Shown: positions 57,913-64,000 of the stretch, piece after piece | Position numbering within the stretch: the first letter of the stretch is position 1 | Layout: each line of letters begins with the position of its first letter | Assembly (NCBI GenBank): GCA_045613785.1 | Contig: JAZLBQ010000007.1 | Span: 1 to 64,000, forward strand | Direction: 5' to 3' | Origin: Candidatus Enterousia sp. | GTDB lineage: Bacteria; Pseudomonadota; Alphaproteobacteria; Rs-D84 | DNA: 64,000 nt | The notes under the pieces: model-generated | Seen by the model: only the letters and a program-made list of their open reading frames with translations | The model's database searches: none | Told to the model about the DNA's origin: nothing | Position numbers and translations under genes: made by a program

Positions 57913-58152
57913 ATGAACAACAGAGAAATAAAAGATAAAAGCCAAGAAAAGTTTAAAATAATGGAATCTTTTAACAAAGCCTTTCTTAGTGTTTTGACTG
58001 CAGGTGGTGTTGCTATATCAACGCTGGCGTTGCTGACTCAAAAGCCAAATTCAGATCTGATGTTATTGATTGGCATATGGTTTACGGTTGCTGGTGCGGG
58101 TGGTATTTTATCTGATTGTATAACAAAACAGAAAGACCAAAGAATGCGTTAA
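57913..58152 (+). CDS. Small two-TM protein ending QRMR
   Basis: Two hydrophobic helices; own TTGACA-17-TATAAT promoter. Confidence 0.7.
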   Translation: MNNREIKDKSQEKFKIMESFNKAFLSVLTAGGVAISTLALLTQKPNSDLMLLIGIWFTVAGAGGILSDCITKQKDQRMR

Positions 58153-58172
58153 CTATGATACAGGGGACAAAG

Positions 58173-59195
58173 ATGGCATCAAAAACAGCAACGGATGTTG
58201 AAAAATACTCTATATATCAGCAATTTAAGTCCGAACAAGGGCTTGAAAACGTTTATGCAACGATTGATGATTTGAAAACAATAATCTGCAAATTGCAGGG
58301 GTATCTGAATTTTATAAAAAGTCAGCCTGGGATTTCAGATTCCAAGAAAGAATTATTGTATGGTTTGGCTGTAAATGATTTGCCGCCAATAATTCAGTTT
58401 ATTATGAAAATGTATGAGCCTGAAATGTTTGTCAAGCGTTGTAGTCATGCAATAGCAGTAAACAAATTTAGACCAAAAGACCTATCTTTGCTGGATTTGG
58501 TTGTTCATCCTGATTTATTTCACATTCGTGGTCAATTTTCAACATTTTCCAGGGATCTGACTGATGCCAGAACACAAAGCAAAACACCGGATGAAATTCG
58601 AAGTCTTATAGTCTCGAAGATATCCAATATGACGGAGGTTTCGGAAATACTGACCAAAGAATTTATTAAAGCGATAGAAACACGTTCTGGTTTCCAACGT
58701 CGTCTGATTGCAAGTTCAAAACCAGACCGATTATTATGGGGGCAATTCCTTCAGGAAGTTGCTAGTGAAATAACAAAAAAGCTTGGTGTAAAACAGGAAG
58801 TTTTTGTTTGCTGTGTTCAAGAATGGGGGGCAGGTGCTGGTGTGCCAGAAGATTGTTTAGGGAATTATTTTTTAGCAGGTAACACGAAACTATCAATGAT
58901 TGTATTAAACCTAAATAATTTGTCATGTGTAGCATCTCGCAAAGGGGGCGAGGGCTTCTTTATTCGGTTTAGGATGTTTGTCGAAGTTTGTGTTGCATTT
59001 CTGCATGAGTTTTCTCATTTCTTGGACGACAGGTGTCCAGATTGTTCGGCACTTGGTGCACAGAAAAGCTTTGTTGCAAAACGCTATTATGATTCTAACA
59101 GCAACGTATATTATGACAATCCGACCGAGGTTTCTGCTCATATTGTTGGCAATTTGTTGCGTAAAAAGATGATGGAACGTTGCTTCGGAGATTAA
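58173..59195 (+). CDS. Hypothetical protein with an HExxH metallopeptidase-like motif
   Basis: LHEFSHF...YYDNPTEVSA. Confidence 0.65.
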   Translation: MASKTATDVEKYSIYQQFKSEQGLENVYATIDDLKTIICKLQGYLNFIKSQPGISDSKKELLYGLAVNDLPPIIQFIMKMYEPEMFVKRCSHAIAVNKFRPKDLSLLDLVVHPDLFHIRGQFSTFSRDLTDARTQSKTPDEIRSLIVSKISNMTEVSEILTKEFIKAIETRSGFQRRLIASSKPDRLLWGQFLQEVASEITKKLGVKQEVFVCCVQEWGAGAGVPEDCLGNYFLAGNTKLSMIVLNLNNLSCVASRKGGEGFFIRFRMFVEVCVAFLHEFSHFLDDRCPDCSALGAQKSFVAKRYYDSNSNVYYDNPTEVSAHIVGNLLRKKMMERCFGD

Positions 59196-59220
59196 AAAAA
59201 AACGCCAGTTTTGGCGTTTT

Positions 59221-60417
59221 TTATCGTCCGTGAATATGTTTGCTAAGTTTGCCTGCCATTGCCCCAACGCCTAACACCGAAAGCGTAATCAAAACCAAAT
59301 ACCATCGCAAGGCTGCAAATCCACCAAATACTCCGATATACATCAGTCCTGTAAAACCAATCCAGCGTCCAATGAACAGTGCGAAATCACGGAAAACAAA
59401 GTATTCTATTTTATGGTTTTTTGTCACACATTTCGCATTTGATAAACTGTAGATACAAACCCCGTTGATTAAATCAATCAATATAATTGCTGTTGAATAA
59501 ACGAAATTATAGACCAAGAATGTTGCAGGAATTGTTTCGGACAAGAAAATCGTCATTGCCACAATTGTTGCCAGCATTGCCAGGCTAAGCACATATGGAT
59601 ACGATTTTTTGCGTCCCCATCGTCCAAAAGCCCACGACGTAGCGATTGAAAACATTGCGAACAGTGTTGTAAAAATGCCCAAATTTAAATCTGTCTTGAA
59701 CATATAGACCGTCCACATCGTTATAACCGTTCCCAACAAGCCAATGCCAAATCCACGCATAATTTCCATTGTGAACATTTTACGAATAACCGGAAAACGC
59801 ATCATACACTTAAAGAATCCGACAAAATCCACGGGTGTGCGACTTCTGTGGTGTGAAGGGGATAAAAATAGACTAAGTATAAATTCAACAATGGTCAGCC
59901 CCAATATTGCGTATGCCATTTCCGTATAAGAGCCTGTATCAATAAAGAATCCCAATACAACAGGTGCTAATATTTTAACAATATATACAACTGTATTTTT
60001 TACACCGATAAATTTATTCATAACATTTGGTGTGGCTTTTTCGCCAATCATTGCGTTCATTGGCAGGTGATACATCGCAGCCCCAATTCCAAACAACAAC
60101 CCCAGTGGAATAACATATTCAGCGACATTATTTTTTAATCCGATTATCAGCAACAACAAAATAATTTTAGGAACTAAATTCAGTTTAAAAACGGTTGTCT
60201 TGTCATACTTTTTGCACCAGTGGGCAAATGCAAAGAATCCAGCACAGGTTGCAGCGTATTCGAACAATTTATACATAGACACAGAAACGATTTCATTTGC
60301 AGACAACTGCATAATAAAAGAAACCAAAAAAGTCCCAAAAAATAAATCTGATACATTTCGCAAGCCTGCAAAGGCCGCCAATAACCGTAAGTCTGCTGAT
60401 AATTTTTGATGTTTCAT
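59221..60417 (-). CDS. MFS-like transporter
   Basis: 398 aa with about 12 hydrophobic segments. Confidence 0.8.
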   Translation of the reverse strand: MKHQKLSADLRLLAAFAGLRNVSDLFFGTFLVSFIMQLSANEIVSVSMYKLFEYAATCAGFFAFAHWCKKYDKTTVFKLNLVPKIILLLLIIGLKNNVAEYVIPLGLLFGIGAAMYHLPMNAMIGEKATPNVMNKFIGVKNTVVYIVKILAPVVLGFFIDTGSYTEMAYAILGLTIVEFILSLFLSPSHHRSRTPVDFVGFFKCMMRFPVIRKMFTMEIMRGFGIGLLGTVITMWTVYMFKTDLNLGIFTTLFAMFSIATSWAFGRWGRKKSYPYVLSLAMLATIVAMTIFLSETIPATFLVYNFVYSTAIILIDLINGVCIYSLSNAKCVTKNHKIEYFVFRDFALFIGRWIGFTGLMYIGVFGGFAALRWYLVLITLSVLGVGAMAGKLSKHIHGR

Positions 60418-60526
60418 ATATATACAATCTCTCTCTTGGGGTGAATTTTATCATAAAAAATCATGGAAATAAATCATTATACGAAAAAATTGACTTTCGT
60501 GGCTTGTTTTGGATATAATATCTGGC

Positions 60527-60661
60527 ATGAGAAAGATATTTACAGGATTTTTAATTATTGCAGTTTTATTGATGTCGGTTTTGGCGGTGTCTGGTTGTGG
60601 GGTAAAGTCTGACCTGGCACGTCCTGACTCATCTTTTCCACGTGATTATCCAGTTTATTAA
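60527..60661 (+). CDS. 44-aa lipoprotein, LptM/YifL-like (missing from the ORF track)
   Basis: MRKIFTGFLIIAVLLMSVLAVSG-CGVKSDLARPD...; lipobox VSGC; TTGACT-18-TATAAT promoter; terminator follows. Confidence 0.75.
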   Translation: MRKIFTGFLIIAVLLMSVLAVSGCGVKSDLARPDSSFPRDYPVY

Positions 60662-60687
60662 AAAAAATCCCAAAAAATGGGATTTTT

Positions 60688-60966
60688 TTATTGTGCAATT
60701 TTGTTTTTGATTTCACGAATACGAGCCAATATTTCCTTCAAATCGGCCTCGGTTGCCACTGGCACAGGGCGATTATTGATTTCGTCCGCCAAAACGATAC
60801 ACAGTGTTGCCAGCAAAGAATTCTCAGGCAGTGGTCCAATTTTGTCCAAAATATCACGAGCCCTTGCATCGACCAATCTGCCCAGTTCAATCAATCTGGC
60901 TTCTTGGCCATCTTCACAGCCCATTGGATAATTTTTGTTGACGATAGGAATTGAAACTACACTCAT
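60688..60966 (-). CDS. zapA: Cell division protein ZapA
   Basis: VSIPIVNKNYPMGCEDGQEARL...LADE. Confidence 0.85.
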   Translation of the reverse strand: MSVVSIPIVNKNYPMGCEDGQEARLIELGRLVDARARDILDKIGPLPENSLLATLCIVLADEINNRPVPVATEADLKEILARIREIKNKIAQ

Positions 60967-61175
60967 TTTTTCAACTTCTTTAATATTGACAGTGATTGGT
61001 CTATCATTTCGTTGGCACGTGCATTTTTTTCACGCAGGCCACGGACTTGTTCTGTTAGAATTGCCACTTCCAGGTCTGTTTGTTTGCCAGCATGAATTGC
61101 TGTGCCACGCAGGCGTGCGGCGGCATCTTCCAGTTTAGTTAGTTCTTGAAAAATTTGCTGTTTTAAATCTGCCAT
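60963..61175 (-). CDS. Coiled-coil protein upstream of zapA
   Basis: 70-aa heptad-like ORF overlapping the zapA start (ATGA). Confidence 0.75.
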   Translation of the reverse strand: MADLKQQIFQELTKLEDAAARLRGTAIHAGKQTDLEVAILTEQVRGLREKNARANEMIDQSLSILKKLKK

Positions 61176-61258
61176 ATTTACAGTCTAAGATATTTTTTAT
61201 ATGCGTTCAACCTTAAAATGTGATATAATGTTTGCGTCTATCGTGGGGGAAGTTTTAT

Positions 61259-62494
61259 ATGAAGACCAAAATTATCTATATTTCTGGAAGTGAAGTGTTT
61301 GAAATGTCCGAAATTCGTGCTGCCTTTGACCAGGTTCGTGCGACTTTGGGGCTGGATTCTGAAACTATTTTGTTCGGTGTGCCCGTTGACGCCGAAAACG
61401 CACTGACTGAGGTTGCGTCAGATGACGCCATCGAAACGATGCAGGATACAAATTTGGAAGCGGTTGAAACAGTGCCTGTTGACTGTGCAAGTGCTTGCGA
61501 TGTTATTGTTGATAAAATGGCGGAAATTGTCGAAGAGATTCCAGAACCCATCGAAGATTTGCCAGAATATGTCGAAGAAGTGGTTGTTCCTGAAACGGTA
61601 GTGGCAGAATCAGATAATCCAATAATCGAAGCTCCCCAAGAAGTTGTTGAAACAACTGAAAATATTGAAACCGTTGTTGCAGAGCCAGTTGCTGAATCGG
61701 CTGTTGTCGAAACACCAGATACAGTGATTCCAATTTTGTCTGTTTTATCAGTCAAAGGTTCTGCCGCACAGCCAATAGAAGCACCGGTCGAAAATGTTGC
61801 AGAACCTGTGGTTGATGTGGAATCTGTTGCTGCGGACACTATAACAGAAGAACCGGAAACAATCGTTTCTCAGGATGATGATATTGTTGAATCTGCCTCA
61901 GCAGATGTTGTTGAAGCGGGTATTGATCCTGTTTCAGTTATTGATGAAGCTCCGATTTCAGCAGTTGACTCAACCATTACTGTTGTTGAAAGTGTCAGCG
62001 TTGAAACAACTGACAACGAACCAGAAGCCCAGGCACCAGTCGCCGAAGATACTGAAAATATCGAAAATTTTGCAATTGACGATATGATTGACGAAGAAAT
62101 GCCAGTTGTTCCTGTTGAAAAAACACTGGAACAGTTGCTGGAAAGCATGACACCATTGCGTGAAGATGTCGAAACACACCTGGACAGCAATGTTGCCGAT
62201 CAGATGGCAGAAATGTCAACCTTTGACGAAGAAGACAATGATACAGATGCAACCCTGGCGAAATTGGCATCTGAATTTGCAGAAAAACAAGACACAATTA
62301 CCCCATCACCCAAGGGGACAACCCACGGAAAAATCAGCAAATTAAAAGGCATGATTCCGTTCTCAAAACAACGTCATCATGAAGACAACAGCTTGATGGG
62401 GGATTTGTTCAACTGGGCTGGAATGGCGGCCAATGATGATGAATATTCATTTTCTGGATTCTTTTCACCATTATCCAAGAGAACAGATGAATAA
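61259..62494 (+). CDS. Acidic low-complexity (E/V/P/D-rich) hypothetical protein
   Basis: Long disordered-looking centre with ordered-looking termini. Confidence 0.8.
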   Translation: MKTKIIYISGSEVFEMSEIRAAFDQVRATLGLDSETILFGVPVDAENALTEVASDDAIETMQDTNLEAVETVPVDCASACDVIVDKMAEIVEEIPEPIEDLPEYVEEVVVPETVVAESDNPIIEAPQEVVETTENIETVVAEPVAESAVVETPDTVIPILSVLSVKGSAAQPIEAPVENVAEPVVDVESVAADTITEEPETIVSQDDDIVESASADVVEAGIDPVSVIDEAPISAVDSTITVVESVSVETTDNEPEAQAPVAEDTENIENFAIDDMIDEEMPVVPVEKTLEQLLESMTPLREDVETHLDSNVADQMAEMSTFDEEDNDTDATLAKLASEFAEKQDTITPSPKGTTHGKISKLKGMIPFSKQRHHEDNSLMGDLFNWAGMAANDDEYSFSGFFSPLSKRTDE

Positions 62495-62502
62495 CATAAA
62501 AA

Positions 62503-62943
62503 ATGAATACAGATACGATTGCACGTTTATTAGAAAATTCTGGGTTTCACGGTGTTCACGTGGACCCCGATTTTATTTATGTCGAAGCCCCTTCGTGTAT
62601 TCTTCGCAGTTTTGAAACGTTTATTGACTATGCTTGGGTCGCTATCATTGCAATAACAGGTATGATGTTATTCGGCTGGGCAATTTCAATGATACGTGGT
62701 GCTAAAAATGATTTTTTTATGAATTTGCGAAATTTAATTTTAATTTTTGGCATATTATCAATAGCACATCCGATAATAAACTTTATCTATGGCGATGATT
62801 TATTTGCACGTGGTTGCAAGACTTTTTCTATACCTATGTCGCAGGTTTCTGATATTTTAGAATCACGCAATTCTAAGATTTCGGGGGTAAATGATAATTT
62901 GACTGAAAAATTCAATATTTATGATTCTGGGGCGTTGGATTAA
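62503..62943 (+). CDS. Hypothetical two-TM protein
   Basis: Two hydrophobic helices with a short basic loop. Confidence 0.7.
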   Translation: MNTDTIARLLENSGFHGVHVDPDFIYVEAPSCILRSFETFIDYAWVAIIAITGMMLFGWAISMIRGAKNDFFMNLRNLILIFGILSIAHPIINFIYGDDLFARGCKTFSIPMSQVSDILESRNSKISGVNDNLTEKFNIYDSGALD

Positions 62944-62950
62944 AAATTGC

Positions 62951-63646
62951 CTAGAATCTGCCCTTGCTTAACCAAGGGGAAGTCCTATACGAAAATACAG
63001 TTCCAGACGCAGTAATCAGCAAGTGGTCAATCAACGAAACGTCCAGTGGTTTCAGCACTTGCTCTATGGCCAATGTGATTTCCACATCAGCAGTTGAAAA
63101 ATTATTATTCGACACAGGGTGGTTGTGAACCAAGATAATTCCGGCAGCGTTCAATCTGATTGCATTTTTAGTAATCTCACGAATATAAACAGCAGTTTCG
63201 TTTATTGTTCCACGTGTATGTGTTTCTTCGAACAATAACTTGCAATCGCCGTCTAGATATAAAATATGAAATTCTTCAACTTTTGAACCTGCTACAATAG
63301 TTCTGCAATAATCATATCTGAATTTTTCGTCTGCCAGAAATTTTCCACTCATTGCCCGTTCTGTATGTGAAACTAAATTCAACTCTGCAAACAATTTGAT
63401 TAAAATCGCAGTGCTACGCCCAACGCCAGGCACGGCCATTAAATCATCGATTGGGGCATGCAGAACAAAATAAACGCCACCAAAGACCTCTAATAATTTA
63501 CGTGCCAGTGGTCGAACATCACGTCTGGGGATTGAATACGTCAACAGCAATTCCAATTTTTCATAACTGGTCAATTTGCCATTTAGTAATTTTTCTTTCA
63601 GGCGTTCACGATGTCCGACATGAAATAATTCATCGGTCTTTGGCAT
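62951..63646 (-). CDS. radC: RadC family JAB-domain protein
   Basis: GHRERLK, LELLL, HNHP...S.AD, DHLLI. Confidence 0.92.
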   Translation of the reverse strand: MPKTDELFHVGHRERLKEKLLNGKLTSYEKLELLLTYSIPRRDVRPLARKLLEVFGGVYFVLHAPIDDLMAVPGVGRSTAILIKLFAELNLVSHTERAMSGKFLADEKFRYDYCRTIVAGSKVEEFHILYLDGDCKLLFEETHTRGTINETAVYIREITKNAIRLNAAGIILVHNHPVSNNNFSTADVEITLAIEQVLKPLDVSLIDHLLITASGTVFSYRTSPWLSKGRF

Positions 63647-63650
63647 AATA

Positions 63651-64000
63651 TTATATCATTTTTTCTGTGAATATGACCGCACCATCTTCTGTGATGCCGA
63701 TAGTATGTTCCCACTGTGCAGACAGACCGCCATCAACCGTGCGTGCCGTCCAGCCATCATCGTCAATTTTACAATCTGGTCGTCCTGTATTTATCATTGG
63801 TTCGATTGTAAAGACCAGTCCAGGAACCATTTTTACCTTGTCCCAGCGTTTGTCATAGAAGTGATATATTTGTGGTTCGTCGTGCATTACCTTGCCGATA
63901 CCGTGTCCGACAAAGTCTCGTGAAATTGAAAAGCCGTGTGGTTCAACAACCGCTTCGATTGTTTTGCCGATTTCAGACAAAGGCACCCCAGGTGCACAAA
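63651..64000 (-). CDS. map: Methionine aminopeptidase, 3' part (runs off the window)
   Basis: GHGIG..MH, FTIEPMIN, SAQWEHT. Confidence 0.95.
   Translation of the reverse strand, partial: CAPGVPLSEIGKTIEAVVEPHGFSISRDFVGHGIGKVMHDEPQIYHFYDKRWDKVKMVPGLVFTIEPMINTGRPDCKIDDDGWTARTVDGGLSAQWEHTIGITEDGAVIFTEKMI

Noticed and set aside
57133-59195. Prophage lysis module or prophage
   Set aside because: No structural, replication or integrase genes nearby.
60420-60690. 6S RNA downstream of zapA
   Set aside because: The space holds a terminator and a small lipoprotein gene on the opposite strand; no long 6S-like hairpin seen.
570-63923. Many short antisense or alternate-frame ORFs in the track (e.g. 6149-6817, 38249-38824, 61276-61839, 41720-41962)
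   Set aside because: Shadows of well-supported genes or tRNAs, with no RBS or recognisable motifs.

Overview
AT-rich (roughly 40% GC by eye) chromosomal segment of a host-associated, probably anaerobic gut alphaproteobacterium. This is inferred from parC, map-radC, zapA, rplU-rpmA and a class III RNR; the giant Cys-rich surface protein recalls the uncultured Rs-D84/'Enterousia' type, which I have not verified. Housekeeping genes (U32 peptidase, P-type ATPase, acyl-CoA ligase, split nrdD plus nrdG, priA, alpha2-type GlyRS, rplU, rpmA, rpmG, lgt, miaA, gap, parC, zapA, radC, map) and five tRNAs alternate with accessory patches. A ~8.2 kb integrase-less island sits at tRNA-Thr and carries a Y-family polymerase/YolD pair. 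Most unusual observations: (1) at four tRNAs (Thr, Ser, Asp, Glu) the tRNA 3' end and/or its terminator is repeated downstream, with fold-back palindromes and single cargo genes (including an ABC-F) between or after the copies, like an integrase-less cassette array; (2) five unrelated orphan proteins end in the same Q-[KR]-[TVM]-R-stop tail, a candidate export signal; (3) two accessory promoters have a PafBC/WYL-like TGTCCG-N10-TAnnnT layout; (4) a uORF attenuator precedes the ABC-F, a T19 tract precedes a surface-protein operon, and there is an unassigned structured leader RNA. All calls come from reading the sequence; no database searches were run.
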